Assembly: GCA_963850905.1 (NCBI GenBank)
Contig: CAWKMU010000003.1
Location: 2,496,001 to 2,560,000, forward strand
DNA: 64,000 bases
Direction of reading: 5' to 3'
Origin: an uncultured Gemmatimonadales bacterium
GTDB taxonomy: Bacteria; Gemmatimonadota; Gemmatimonadetes; Gemmatimonadales; Gemmatimonadaceae
A model generated the notes under the pieces. That model was not told where the DNA came from. It was given only the letters and a program-made list of their open reading frames with translations, and searched no databases. Made by a program: the position numbers and the translations under genes. Below, piece by piece: positions 50,755-61,560 of the stretch. Numbering within the stretch: the stretch's first letter is position 1; every line of letters begins with the position of its first letter.

Positions 50755-50959
50755 CGACAACATAGTAAGCAGCCCCGCTTGGGCTCACCCTCTGGCCGCC
50801 GCGCGACATTTGTCCGCACGGCGCGCTGCAGGAGTTCACGACGACGCCGACGCGCAGCGAGCGACGGCGGTACGCGCGGACTCCATTGAGGGCCGCGCGT
50901 TTTCGTTGTGACTGTGGCGGGGCCGAGCGAGTCGTCGATTTCACACTGTGGAGGCAGGC
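50755..50959 (+). ncRNA. Structured infC leader, probable L20-responsive ribosomal-protein leader
   Basis: TAAGCAGCCCCGCTT...CTCACC resembles the Firmicutes L20 leader 5' end; GCCCCGC (50772-50778) pairs with GCGGGGC (50917-50923); CCCTC pairs with GAGGG. Confidence 0.5.
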
Positions 50960-51478
50960 ATTATCCAGGACAACACCAAGCGAGTTCGCGTCAATCGGCA
51001 GATCCGGATCAGCCCACTCCGGGTGATCGCTGCCGACGGCAGCCAGATGGGCATCATGGATGTCGATGCCGCGCTGGCCGCGGCACAGGACCAAGGCCTC
51101 GACCTCGTGGAAGTCGCACCGACGGCGCGACCCCCCGTGGTTCGCATCATGGACTACGGGAAGTTCAAGTTCGAGCAGGCCAAGATGGCGCGGCAGGCGA
51201 AGAAGAAGCAGCACGTCATTCACTTGAAAGAAGTGAAGTACCGGCCGGGCATCGAGGACCACGATTTCGAGACGAAGACGCGCCACGCCCGGGAGTTCCT
51301 GCAGGATGGCAACAAGGTGAAGGTCACCATGATGTTCCGCGGTCGGCAGATCGCGCACCCGGAGCTGGGGCGTGAGGTCGTGGATCGCGTCGCGGCAGCG
51401 CTGGCCGATGTCGCGAAGGTCGAGAGCGACGCCAAGTTGGAAGGCAAGTCGATGATCATGATTCTGACGCCGCGATGA
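50960..51478 (+). CDS. infC: Translation initiation factor IF-3 (non-canonical ATT or ATC start)
   Basis: RVNRQIR, LDLVEVAP, PPVVRIMDYGKFKFE, KVKVTMMFRGRQ; GGAGG at 50950-50954 precedes ATT ATC. Confidence 0.96.
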   Translation: MIQDNTKRVRVNRQIRISPLRVIAADGSQMGIMDVDAALAAAQDQGLDLVEVAPTARPPVVRIMDYGKFKFEQAKMARQAKKKQHVIHLKEVKYRPGIEDHDFETKTRHAREFLQDGNKVKVTMMFRGRQIAHPELGREVVDRVAAALADVAKVESDAKLEGKSMIMILTPR

Positions 51479-51504
51479 CGGCGTCGAGCAAACCAGGGTA
51501 GCGC

Positions 51505-51702
51505 ATGCCGAAGATGAAGACACACAAAGGCGCGGCGAAGCGCTTCAGCGTCACGGGCGCGGGCAAAGTGCGCCGCCTGAAGGCGTTCAAGAGCCACATC
51601 CTCACCAAGAAGTCGCCGAAGCGGAAACGAAACCTCCGTCGCCCCGCGATCGTGAAGACGCCAGGTGAAGTTCGGAACATCAAGCGCCTGATCCAGGCGT
51701 AG
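51505..51702 (+). CDS. rpmI: 50S ribosomal protein L35
   Basis: [29 protein letters not shown]. Confidence 0.97.
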   Translation: MPKMKTHKGAAKRFSVTGAGKVRRLKAFKSHILTKKSPKRKRNLRRPAIVKTPGEVRNIKRLIQA

Positions 51703-51710
51703 GAGGAGCG

Positions 51711-52074
51711 ATGCCACGCGTCAAGTCGAACGTCGTGCGCCTCAGGCGCAAGAAGCAGGTGATGAAGGCCGCCCGTGGCGCGTTCGGCGGCCGGTCGAAG
51801 CTGTGGGGGCCCGCCAAGGAGACGGTGGAGCGCGGGCTGGCGCTATGCGTACCGTGATCGCAAGAACAAGAAGCGGGACTTCCGCCGGCTGTGGATCACG
51901 CGCATCAACGCCGCCGCTCATCAGAACGCGATGACGTACAGCGTGTTCATGAACGGTCTGAAGAAGGCGGGCATCGAAGTCGATCGGAAGGTGCTCGCGG
52001 ACCTTGCCGTCCACGACCCGCAAGCGTTTACCGCGCTGGCCGATCGCGCACGCGACGCGCTGACCGCCGCATAG
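51711..52074 (+). CDS. rplT: 50S ribosomal protein L20 (one frameshift)
   Basis: MPRVKSNV..., [34 protein letters not shown]. Confidence 0.95.
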
Positions 52075-52102
52075 TTCTCGGCTTCATCGTTGGCACACGG
52101 TG

Positions 52103-52143
52103 GCGGCAGCGCGACGGGATCGCGGCTGCCGCGCCTTCGTTTT
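52103..52143 (+). terminator. Putative intrinsic terminator after rplT
   Basis: GCGGCAGC-GCGA / TCGCG-GCTGCCGC stem followed by a T-rich tail. Confidence 0.55.
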
Positions 52144-52242
52144 AGCGCCCGGGGGCGCGAAACGTCGGAGAGAGGAGCAAGGTGAGAGGTGAAAGGAGAG
52201 GACAGCAAACTGCGGCACGACATGGGGATCGGGGAGCGGAGC

Positions 52243-53317
52243 ATGACCGGAACGGGCGCTCGAGTAGATCACGAGGAACACCGGCTGTCAGCTGAGGAAT
52301 TTCTGCGCGCTGTCTCGGAGCTTCGCGCTGAGGCGACGGGCCGCATTCCCGTTGCCGCGGGCGTGTCCGAACTGGAAGCGGAGCGGGTCTACTTCCTCGG
52401 ACGGACCAATGGTCGCTTGAAGCAGCTCATGGAGCTCATTGCCCACGCTCGCGCCCGATGATCGCCGCCAGGCGGGGAAGGCGGCGAACGAGGCCAAGGC
52501 GGTCATCGACGCCTTGCTCGAGGAGCGGCGAGCGGCGCTCGCGTCGCGCGGCCGCCGCGCAGCCGACCCAAGACCTCACGATGCCGGGCCGCCGCGTCTG
52601 GACAGGCGGGCGGCACCCCGTCACGCTCGTCATCGACGAGATCGCCGACATCTTCCGCGAGCTCGGCTTCACGATCGCGCTCGGGCCCGAGGCCGAGTCC
52701 GAATGGTACAACTTCACGGCGCTCAACTTCCCGACCGATCACCCGGCGCTCGACATGCACGACACACTGTACCTCGAGAGCGGTACGCTGCTCCGCACCC
52801 ATACGTCGCCGGTGCAGATCCGGACACTACAGCGCTACCAGCCCCCGGTCCGCGTTCTCGTGCCCGGGCAACGTCGTATCGCCGCGACTTCTTCGATGCC
52901 TCGCACGCGCCGATGTTCGCCCAGATCGAAGGCCTGGCGGTCGACGAGGGCGTGAGCTTCGTCGATCTCAAGGCGACGCTGTCCCATTTTGCCCGGCGGT
53001 TCTTCGGCGCTGCCGTGACCCGCTTCCGGCCGAGCTTTTTCCCCTTCACCGAGCCGTCCGCCGAGATGGACGTCGAGTGCCAGATCTGTCACGGCGCCGG
53101 CTGTCGCACGTGCAAGTTCACCGGCTGGTACGAGATCATGGGCTGTGGGATGGTGCATCCGGCGGTGATCGAGGCGTCAGGGCTCGATGCGGAGCGCTAC
53201 ACGGGGTGGGCGTTCGGTATGGGGCCCGCCCGCGTCGCGCAGCAGCGCTACGACATTCCGGACATCCGCGTGCTGTACGACTGGGATGTCCGCGTCCTGG
53301 GCGAGCTCGGCCGATGA
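52243..53317 (+). CDS. pheS: Phenylalanine-tRNA ligase alpha subunit (several frameshifts; start approximate)
   Basis: YNFTALNFPTDHPALDMHDTLY, LLRTHTSPVQIR, RFRPSFFPFTEPSAEMD, GCGMVHP, GWAFGMG. Confidence 0.95.
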
Positions 53318-55762
53318 ACGCCTCGGTCGAGTGGCTGTCGGCGTTCGTCGACAGCGGCCTGTCGCCGGAAGGGCTGCGGGAGCTGATCACCGCCCGCGTC
53401 GCGACGGTCGATGCCCTCGAGGCGATGCGCGCGGACCTCGCGTACATCGTCGTGGGGCGCGTCGTCGAGGCGGCCCGTCACCCGGACAGCGACCACCTGT
53501 GGGTGACGAAAGTCGATGCCGGCGGGCCCGAGCTGCTCGACGTCGATTTGCGGCGCCCCGAATGTGGCGGCGGGTGTCCGCTATCCGTTCGCGCCGGTCG
53601 GTACGACCATGCCGAACGGCATGAAGATCGAACGTCGCAAGATCCGCGGGCGGATCTCGAACGGCATGCTCTGCTCGGCCCGCGAGCTGGGACTGGGTGC
53701 CGACCACGAAGGGATCCTCGCACTCTCGACCGACGCCGCGCCGGGCACGCCACTGCTCGAGGCCCTGCCGCTCGGCGATGTGCGCCTCGTCGTCGACGTC
53801 ATGCCCAATCGCCCCGACTTGCTGTCCCACCAGGGGCTGGCCCGCGAGATCGCCGCCGCGACGGGACGTCCAGTTGCGCGAGCCGGCAGTCCCCGGTGGC
53901 GACCAGGTCGCCGTGCCCACACTCCGGCGCACCGATAGCTCCGCCTCCGCCGGCGAGGTGCGCGTCACGGTCGACGACCCCGACGACTGTCCGACCTACC
54001 TCGGCGTCGTCTTCCGGGGTGTCAAGATCGGCCCGAGCCCGGCGTGGCTCGTCAACCGGCTCGCGACCGTCGGCATTGCGCGCCCGGTGAGCAACGTTGT
54101 CGATGTCACGAACTACATGCTTGCACGGCTACGGACAACCGGCCCACGCGTTCGACCTCGCGCGGTTGGCCGGTCGGGAGATCCGAGTCCGCCGCGCGCG
54201 GGCTGGAGAGCGGCTGACGACCCTCGACGGTGTGGCCCGCACACTCGATCCGTCGATGCTGGTGATCGCCGACGACGAACACGCGCAGGGTGTCGCGGGC
54301 GTCATCGGAGGACAGGACAGCGAAATCACCGCGGACACGACCGACATCGTACTGGAGCTCGCCGCGTTCGACCCGAAGCGCGTCCGCGCCGCGCGACGCG
54401 CACTTGGCGTATCAACCGATGCGTCGTTCCGCTTCGAGCGAGTCGTGCCCCCGACGCTGCCCGTCGAGGTGTTTCCGATGGCGGTGAAGCTCATGGTCGC
54501 ACTGACCGGTGCGCAGGTGAGCGAGCCAATCGCGCTCATCGGCCCTGCCGCCCCGCCTCCGCGTCGGGTCACGCTGCGGGCCGCTCGTGTCGCCCAGGTG
54601 CTCGGGGTCACTGTGCCCAGCTCGGAATCCGCGAGGCTACTGGACTCGGTCGGCTTCTCCACGATGGTGGAAGAGGACTCCGTCGAGGTCATCGCGCCCA
54701 GCTGGCGGGTCGACACGCAGGCGGAGATCGATCTCGTCGAGGAGGTCGCCAGGCTCCGTGGCTACGATACCTTCCCGGACACACTCCGCCCGTACCGATT
54801 GGGGACCGTCCCTGACGATCCGCTCGTTGCGCGGACGGCGCGCCTCCGGGAGCTGCTCGTTGGCCGTGGGTTTCTCGAGGTCCGGCCGATGCCTTTCGTC
54901 GCTGCCTGCTCAGGCGGACGGCGGCGTCCGCGTCACGAACCCGCTCGCCGATACCGAAGCGTTTCTGAGGAGCGACGTGTTGCCGTCGCTGGCCCGTCGC
55001 GCCGAATACAACCTGGCCCGCATGGAGGGGGACCTGCGGCTGTTCGAGGTCGGCACGGTCTTCCTGCCGACGTCCGAACCGCGTCCGCGCGAAGAGATCC
55101 GGGTCGCCGCCCTGTGCATGGGTGCGCGCCGGCCGCCTCATTTCACGGAGCCGAGTCCGCCGTCGTGGGACGAGTGGGACGCGAAGGAGCTGGGGGAGGC
55201 GATCGCTGCGATATCCGGCGCGACCGGTCGCGTCGCGCTCGAGCCAGCCGACGGTCCCGATCTCCTCTGGGACATTCGAGCCGACGATGCGGTCATCGGG
55301 CGCGTGACGCGGGTGACGCTCGATGCGCCGCCGTGGGCTGCGCCCGCCTTCGGGGTCGAGGTCGTCGCCTCGGTGATGGAAACGGCGCCCGTCGCACCAC
55401 CGGGCGTGCACGCACCTGCGACTGCAGACACGAGCGTCACCGCGCCGCCGGCGCCACGGTACAGTCCCCCTCCGACTCAGCCGGCCGTGCGCGTCGATCT
55501 GACCGTGCTCGTGCCGGAGGGTGTGACCGCGGCGGCGGTCGAGCAGGTTTTGGCCCGGTCGGCCAGCCAGTTGCTTGCCGGCGTGGAACTCCAGAGCCAG
55601 TATCGTGGGTCGTCGGTGCCGGCGGGCTATCGGAGCGTGACGTGGCGGTTGACGTTCCGACATCCCGAGCGCACTCTTCGCGAGAAAGAGGTTGAAGCCC
55701 AACGGGATAAGCTGTTGCGCGCCTTGGAGAGCGAACTGGGTGTCCGACAACGAACGGCCTGA
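53314..55762 (+). CDS. pheT: Phenylalanine-tRNA ligase beta subunit (several frameshifts)
   Basis: HPDSDHL, CGAPNV, SNGMLCSARELG, PNRPDLLSHQGLARE, NVVDVTNY, DASFRFER, DLVEEVARLRGY. Confidence 0.95.
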
Positions 55763-56051
55763 AGGTGTCGCGTTTCGAGAGTTGGAGCTCCTGGTGCGGC
55801 ACCTCGGCGATGAACTGGCTAGCTTTCGGCGGCGGGCCCTACAAGCGGAGACACAACTCCGAGCCGTCGAGGCGCGCGGTGCATCGCTCGGAGACTTGAA
55901 GCGACTTGAGACGCTCGAAGCCGAAAATGCGGCGCTGCGGGGCCGACTGGAGGCGGCCGCTGGGCGTGCCCAGGCTATGCTCGAGCGGGTGAGATTCCTA
56001 CGGCAACAATGCGATCAATCGGCTGCAAGTAGCTCGGGGAGCCAGCGGTGA
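55740..56051 (+). CDS. Small coiled-coil protein (ZapB-like position)
   Basis: LETLEAENAALRGRLE heptads; lies between pheT and zapA. Confidence 0.65.
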   Translation: MSDNERPEGVAFRELELLVRHLGDELASFRRRALQAETQLRAVEARGASLGDLKRLETLEAENAALRGRLEAAAGRAQAMLERVRFLRQQCDQSAASSSGSQR

Positions 56052-56350
56052 CGGGCAAGAACGCAAAGCAGGTCGTGCGAGTCACGATCGTCGGCGAGGA
56101 GTACTCGATCCGCAGCGAGGCGACCCCCGAGCACACCCGGGCGGTCGCGGCCCATGTGGACGAGGCGATACGCCGCGTTCTCAATGGCGGAGGCGTGGTC
56201 GAGCCACGGAAGGCCGCCATTCTTGCGGCGCTTCAGATCACGGATGAGCTGATGCAAGCCGAGCAGGCTGCGCAGACCCTGACTGGATCGCTACGCTCGT
56301 TGAGCTCGGAGGTTCAGCGGTGGTTGCCGCCCCCAAGCGCGAAGATCTGA
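56048..56350 (+). CDS. zapA: Cell division protein ZapA
   Basis: VRVTIVGEEYSIRS, VAAHVD, AILAALQITDEL. Confidence 0.9.
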   Translation: MTGKNAKQVVRVTIVGEEYSIRSEATPEHTRAVAAHVDEAIRRVLNGGGVVEPRKAAILAALQITDELMQAEQAAQTLTGSLRSLSSEVQRWLPPPSAKI

Positions 56351-56364
56351 GCCAGATGGTGGAT

Positions 56365-56426
56365 GGGCGACGCATGCGTCGCCCGTGGGTTCGCTGGGCA
56401 GTGTAGGGGCGACGCACGCGTCGCCG
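56365..56426. repeat. REP-like pair (GTAG family) between zapA and rny
   Basis: Perfect palindrome GGGCGACGCATGCGTCGCCC (56365-56384) and GTAGGGGCGACGCACGCGTCGCC starting at 56403. Confidence 0.75.
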
Positions 56427-56470
56427 CAGACAATCGCCGCGGCCTCGGCCGCGCTGGAGTATAGATCGCT

Positions 56471-58057
56471 ATGTCAGTCGTCGCCATTACTGCGGCCATC
56501 CTGGTCGCGTGCTTGTTGGTTGCTGTTGTATCAGTAGGTGCTGGGATTCGAGCCGGACGTGTCGCTGAATCGAAGCGGCAGCTGGCGGCCGGACGGTCGG
56601 CTGAAGAGACGGGCAAACGGCTCGTCGCGGAGGCGGAGCGCGAGGCCGATACGCTTCGCAAGTCCGCCGTCCTGTCGGGCCGAGAGGAGTTGATGAAGCT
56701 CCGAGAGGCCTGGGAGGCCGAAGTCCGCGACCGACGCACCGAGGTCGAGCGCGAGGAGAAGCGCGTCAAGGAGCGGGAGTCGGTCCTCGACCGCAAGTTC
56801 GAAGTGCTCGACCAGCGTGAGAAAGAACTCAACACGCAGGCCTCGGACGTCGAGCAGAGGCGAAAGCGACAGGCCGAGCGGGATCAAGACCTCGACCGCC
56901 TGACGACCGAGGCCCAACGGCGGATTGAGCAGCTGGCCGGCATGTCAGCCGAGGACGCCAAGGCGGAGCTGATGCACCGCATGGAAGAGGCGGCGGTGGC
57001 GGACGCCGCCAATCGGCTGCGAGAGATCCGGGAATCATCGAAACGGACCGCCGAACGCGAGGCGAAGAAAATCGTCGCGCTGGCCGTGCAGCGCATCGCC
57101 GCCGAGCACACTGCCGAGTCGACCGCATCGGCCGTCGCGCTCCCGAACGACGAGATGAAGGGCCGCATTATCGGTCGTGAAGGCCGAAACATTCGAGCCT
57201 TCGAGCTCGCCACCGGCGTCGACGTCATTATCGATGACACACCCGACACGGTGGTCGTGTCGTGTTTCGACCCCGTCCGTCGTGAGGTCGCGCGCCTGGC
57301 GCTCGAGAAGCTCGTGGCCGATGGACGCATCCACCCTGGTCGGATCGAGGAAGTCGTCAGCAAGGCGCGCCGCGAAGTCGACGCGACCATCATCGAAACG
57401 GGCGAAGAAGCCGCCTACGAGACAGGGGTGCACGGCTTGCATCCCGAGCTCGTGAAGCTGATCGGCCGGATGCGATGGCGGACCAGCTATGGCCAGAACA
57501 TCCTCGAGCACTCCAAAGAGGTCGCCTGGCTCGCCGGCATCATGGCGGCAGAGCTTGGATTGGACGTCGCCATCGCGAAGCGAGGAGCATTGCTGCATGA
57601 CGTCGGCAAGGTCCTGACACACGAGCACGAGGGCACTCACGTGCAGCTTGGTGTAGAGGTGGCGACCAAGTACGGTGAGAGCCCCCTCGTGGTCAACTGC
57701 ATTGCCGCGCACCACGACGACGTGCCCCACGAGAGTGAAGTATCGGTGTTGGTGCAGGCTGCCGACGCGATCTCGGGATCGCGACCCGGCGCCAGGCGCG
57801 AGGCCTTCGAGACGTATGTCAAACGTCTCGAGGGGCTGGAGCGGATCGCGTCGAGCTATCGAGGAGTCGAGAAGGTCTTCGCCATTCAGGCGGGTCGCGA
57901 GGTCCGCGTCGTGGTCACGCCGGACACGGTCGATGACGGACGGGCCGCCTCGCTCTCTGACGAGATTGCACGCCGGATCGAGTCCGAGCTCCAGTACCCA
58001 GGCCAAATCAAGGTGGTCGTGATTCGCGAAACACGGGCGGTCGACTTTGCCCGCTGA
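56471..58057 (+). CDS. rny: Ribonuclease Y
   Basis: N-terminal TM helix, coiled coil, KH motif [16 protein letters not shown] motif [21 protein letters not shown]. Confidence 0.97.
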   Translation: MSVVAITAAILVACLLVAVVSVGAGIRAGRVAESKRQLAAGRSAEETGKRLVAEAEREADTLRKSAVLSGREELMKLREAWEAEVRDRRTEVEREEKRVKERESVLDRKFEVLDQREKELNTQASDVEQRRKRQAERDQDLDRLTTEAQRRIEQLAGMSAEDAKAELMHRMEEAAVADAANRLREIRESSKRTAEREAKKIVALAVQRIAAEHTAESTASAVALPNDEMKGRIIGREGRNIRAFELATGVDVIIDDTPDTVVVSCFDPVRREVARLALEKLVADGRIHPGRIEEVVSKARREVDATIIETGEEAAYETGVHGLHPELVKLIGRMRWRTSYGQNILEHSKEVAWLAGIMAAELGLDVAIAKRGALLHDVGKVLTHEHEGTHVQLGVEVATKYGESPLVVNCIAAHHDDVPHESEVSVLVQAADAISGSRPGARREAFETYVKRLEGLERIASSYRGVEKVFAIQAGREVRVVVTPDTVDDGRAASLSDEIARRIESELQYPGQIKVVVIRETRAVDFAR

Positions 58058-58937
58058 GCTGATCGACGGGACCGCGATCGCCCGGGAAGTCCGCGCCGAC
58101 GTCGCCCGAGAGGTCGAACTGTTGGCTTCGCGGGGGATTCGGCCCGGTCTGGCCGTAGTCCTGGTCGGCGACGATCCGGCGAGTGCGGTCTATGTCCGGT
58201 CAAAAGGGAAGGCGACCGAAGAAGCCGGAATGCACAGCGTGACGATCCGACTGCCCGCCGATACGCTGGAACGGGCGCTCCTGGCGCAGGTCGATCAGCT
58301 CAATGCGGACAAAGCCATTCACGGCATTCTCGTGCAGATGCCCCTTCCCAAGCACATCAACGCCGAACACGTCATCGCGCGCGTCGATCCCGCCAAGGAC
58401 GTCGACGGTTTCCACCCGGTCAATGTCGGCAAGCTGCTGATTGGCGACCGCGATGGCTTCGCTCCCTGCACGCCGGCCGGTGTGCAGGAGCTGCTCGTTC
58501 GATCCGGCGTGGATACTCGCGGCAAGGACTGCGTGATTGTGGGGAGAAGCACGATCGTCGGCAAACCGATGGCGGCCATCATGATGCAGGACCGGCCCGG
58601 CGCGAACGCGACGGTGACCGTCTGCCACAGCCGAACAACAGACCTCGCCGCCCATACGCGACGAGCCGATGTCCTGATCGTTGCGGCTGGTCGCCCGCGG
58701 TTCGTCACGGGAGCGATGATCAAGCCGGGTGCCGCGGTGATCGATGTCGGCATCAATCGAGTCGACGATGCGCGCGCGAAAAACGGGTATGTGCTGGTGG
58801 GCGATGTGGACGCGGCAAGCGCCCGCGAGGTCGCCGGTTTGCTGACACCGGTCCCCGGAGGGGTTGGACCCATGACGATTGCGATGCTCCTCAAGAACAC
58901 GGTGCGTGCTGCGCAGCAGGGCGCGGGGATCGCCTAA
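58047..58937 (+). CDS. folD: Methylenetetrahydrofolate dehydrogenase/cyclohydrolase
   Basis: [52 protein letters not shown]. Confidence 0.97.
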   Translation: MPAELIDGTAIAREVRADVAREVELLASRGIRPGLAVVLVGDDPASAVYVRSKGKATEEAGMHSVTIRLPADTLERALLAQVDQLNADKAIHGILVQMPLPKHINAEHVIARVDPAKDVDGFHPVNVGKLLIGDRDGFAPCTPAGVQELLVRSGVDTRGKDCVIVGRSTIVGKPMAAIMMQDRPGANATVTVCHSRTTDLAAHTRRADVLIVAAGRPRFVTGAMIKPGAAVIDVGINRVDDARAKNGYVLVGDVDAASAREVAGLLTPVPGGVGPMTIAMLLKNTVRAAQQGAGIA

Positions 58938-60269
58938 TGCCGACCGGGGGCGACCGGGGCCGCGGTGACTGGACCGGACGCGGGTGGCCGCTGACGGGCC
59001 GCTCCCTCGGCGCGCCTCCACAGGGGACCGCACGGGCAGCGCCATCACTCTTCGATGATGTGACGCCTGGCCGCAGCCCTCGTTCGGCTGTGTCGGTCAC
59101 CACGATCGCGGAGTTGACGAGGAAAACGCTCGAGGGAGCGATCCGCCCGCTCTGGGTGCGCGGGGAGGTGACCGGGTTCAAGGCGTACCAGAGCGGCCAC
59201 TGGTATTTCACCCTCCATGACGACAAAGCCCTGCTGAAATGCGTCGTCTTCGCGAGCGATCAACGCGGGATGGCGGCGCCGCCGCGCGAAGGGACCGACA
59301 TCCTGGCGTTCGGGCAGATCACGGCCTATCCCGCTCGCGGCCGAGATGCATTTCCGTGTGACGGCACTCGAGGTGCGCGGCGACGGCCTGAATCGCAAGG
59401 CGATAGAGCGCACGCTGGAGCGCCTCCGCAATGATGGGCTGCTGGCAGCGGATCGGAAGCGACAGCTCCCGCGATTCCCGCGGTGCCTGGCCGTCGTGAC
59501 GAGCGTGGACGGCGCAGCGCTGCACGACATTATCGCGGTCGCTCGCCAACGCTCACCCTCCCTGCGCATCGTCGTCGTGCCGGCGCGCGTGCAGGGCGAA
59601 GGCGCGCCTGAGGCGTTGTGCCTCGCCCTTGACCGCCTCCACCGTTGGGGGCGCGCTGACGTCGTCATCGTCGGGCGCGGCGGTGGCGCGAAAGAGGATC
59701 TGGGCGCCTTCAATCACGAGCAAGTCGCCCGGGCCGTCGCCGCGTGCGGATGCCCGACCGTATCGGCCGTCGGCCATGAAATCGATACCACCCTGTGCGA
59801 CCTCGTCGCCGATCACCGGGCCCCTACACCGTCGGCAGCAGCGGAGGCCGCGGTGCCGCTCATGGCGTCGCACGACGTGCGAGTGCGCGCGCTTGCGGTC
59901 CGGCTCGCGAGTGTTGCCCGCCGCCGATTGAGCTACGCCGAGCAGCGGCTGACCCACGCGGCGTCGGCTGCTCGCCGAGGTGCCGAGCGCCTGCACGAGC
60001 GCCGCGGAGCCACGCTCGCGCACCTGGCGACTCGCGTGCAAGCCCTCAGTCCCTTGGCCGCGCTGGCGCGCGGATTCTCGGTCGCACGAGACGCGGACGG
60101 ACGGACACTTGCCACCGCTGCCGACTTCACTCCCGGCGGCGAGTTCGAGCTGTTTGTGCGCGACGGCGTGATCCAGGCGGTCACGTCGGACGTGTTGCCA
60201 CCGCGCTGGCCCGCTGACGTCGCGGAGGAAATCACCCGAGCGCAGTCGACATCAGAGGAGCAACCGTGA
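58937..60269 (+). CDS. xseA: Exodeoxyribonuclease VII large subunit (frameshift near 59345)
   Basis: WVRGEV, SGHWYFTL, GAALHDI, GRGGG.KEDL.AFN, SAVGHEID, APTPSAAAE. Confidence 0.94.
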
Positions 60270-60520
60270 GCTTCGAAGAGGATGTGGAGCGTCTCGAGGC
60301 AATTGCCGCCGAGTTGGAGCGCGACGGCATCACGCTGGACCGGGCGTTGAAGCTGTTTGAGGAAGGCGTCAAACGCCTGCGCCGCGCGTCAGCAGAGCTC
60401 GGGCGCGCGCAGACGCAGGTCGCGCTCCTGGTCGAGCAGGTCGACGGCACCTTCGCGCTCCGCCCGCTGGCAGGTGACAGCCCTGGCGCCGTCCGCGGGC
60501 GAGCGGCAGACAGGCCGTGA
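60266..60520 (+). CDS. xseB: Exodeoxyribonuclease VII small subunit
   Basis: SFEEDVERLEAIAAELE, LDRALKLFEEG. Confidence 0.92.
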   Translation: MSFEEDVERLEAIAAELERDGITLDRALKLFEEGVKRLRRASAELGRAQTQVALLVEQVDGTFALRPLAGDSPGAVRGRAADRP

Positions 60521-61425
60521 CATCTGCCGTTGTCGGCGCACCCGACGACGCCTTTGCGGCTGACCGGGCCGCCGTGCAGCAAGCGCTCGCACGCATCTGT
60601 CTGGAGTCGCTCGAGGGGGTGCCGGACGCGGTCGCGGCCGCGATCCGCTACAGCCTCATGGGCGAAGGCAAGCGATTGCGCGCGATCCTGCTCCTGGCGG
60701 CCTATCGGGCGTGCGGCGGCAACGGGGATGCCTCGGGACTCGCGGCCGCCGTGGAGGTGGTTCACGCGTACTCCCTGGTGCACGATGACCTCCCCTGCAT
60801 GGACGATGATGACATGCGTCGCGGTCGACCGACTGTGCACCGTGTCTTTGGGGTCCCGGTGGCCACGGCGGCGGGACTGGTCATGGTGCCGTTGGCTGCC
60901 CGGAGCGCGGCTGCTGCGGCGCGCAGCCTCGGGCTGCCGCCCACGGCTGTCGGCAGGATTGTGCGAGAGCTGATGAACGCCGCTGGCGCCTCCGGTATGA
61001 TCGGTGGGCAACTGCTGGATCTGGAGGGCGAGGGGCTCGCCCTGTCGCTGGAGGAGCTCGAGCGCATGCATCGGGCGAAGACAGGCGCGCTTCTCACTGC
61101 GTCGGTGCTGTTAGGTGGTCTCGCGGCATCGGCGGAGCCCGCGACACTCGACGCACTGAGCCGATACGGCGCAGCAGTCGGCCTCGCTTTCCAGATCGCT
61201 GACGATGTGCTCGATGTGACCTCGACGACCGATCAGTTGGGAAAGACCGCAGGACGAGACGTTGCACTTCATAAGAGCACGTATCCTGCGCTGTTGGGCG
61301 TCGCCGGGGCTGTCTCGCGCGCTCAGGCGCTGGTGCAGGAGGCGTGCGGGGCAGTCGACGAGGCGCGGCTCCTGACGCCCGCGCTCGAGCGCTTGGCGCA
61401 GTTCATTGTGGAGAGGCGCAGTTGA
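60517..61425 (+). CDS. ispA: Farnesyl/geranylgeranyl diphosphate synthase
   Basis: GKRLR, HAYSLVHDDLPCMDDDDMRRGRPT, KTGAL, FQIADDVLD, LGKTAG. Confidence 0.94.
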   Translation: MTSAVVGAPDDAFAADRAAVQQALARICLESLEGVPDAVAAAIRYSLMGEGKRLRAILLLAAYRACGGNGDASGLAAAVEVVHAYSLVHDDLPCMDDDDMRRGRPTVHRVFGVPVATAAGLVMVPLAARSAAAAARSLGLPPTAVGRIVRELMNAAGASGMIGGQLLDLEGEGLALSLEELERMHRAKTGALLTASVLLGGLAASAEPATLDALSRYGAAVGLAFQIADDVLDVTSTTDQLGKTAGRDVALHKSTYPALLGVAGAVSRAQALVQEACGAVDEARLLTPALERLAQFIVERRS

Positions 61426-61560
61426 CCCGCACCGCCCGGCAACAGCTGGGCCTGCACACGGATTAGAATTGAATCTGGTGCTGTGGCATATCACCTGTAG
61501 CCCGCCGTCCGACCTTCAGTAGCAGCAGGCGCCGTCCCTTATCTCTCGGATCGTCTCGTC

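Noticed and set aside
52075..52242. T-box or pheM-type attenuator before pheS
   Set aside because: No T-box consensus and no Phe-rich leader peptide found
51711..55762. rplT, pheS and pheT as pseudogenes or programmed frameshifts
   Set aside because: These are essential genes with intact motifs and no slippery-site pattern; single-base indels are best explained as sequencing error
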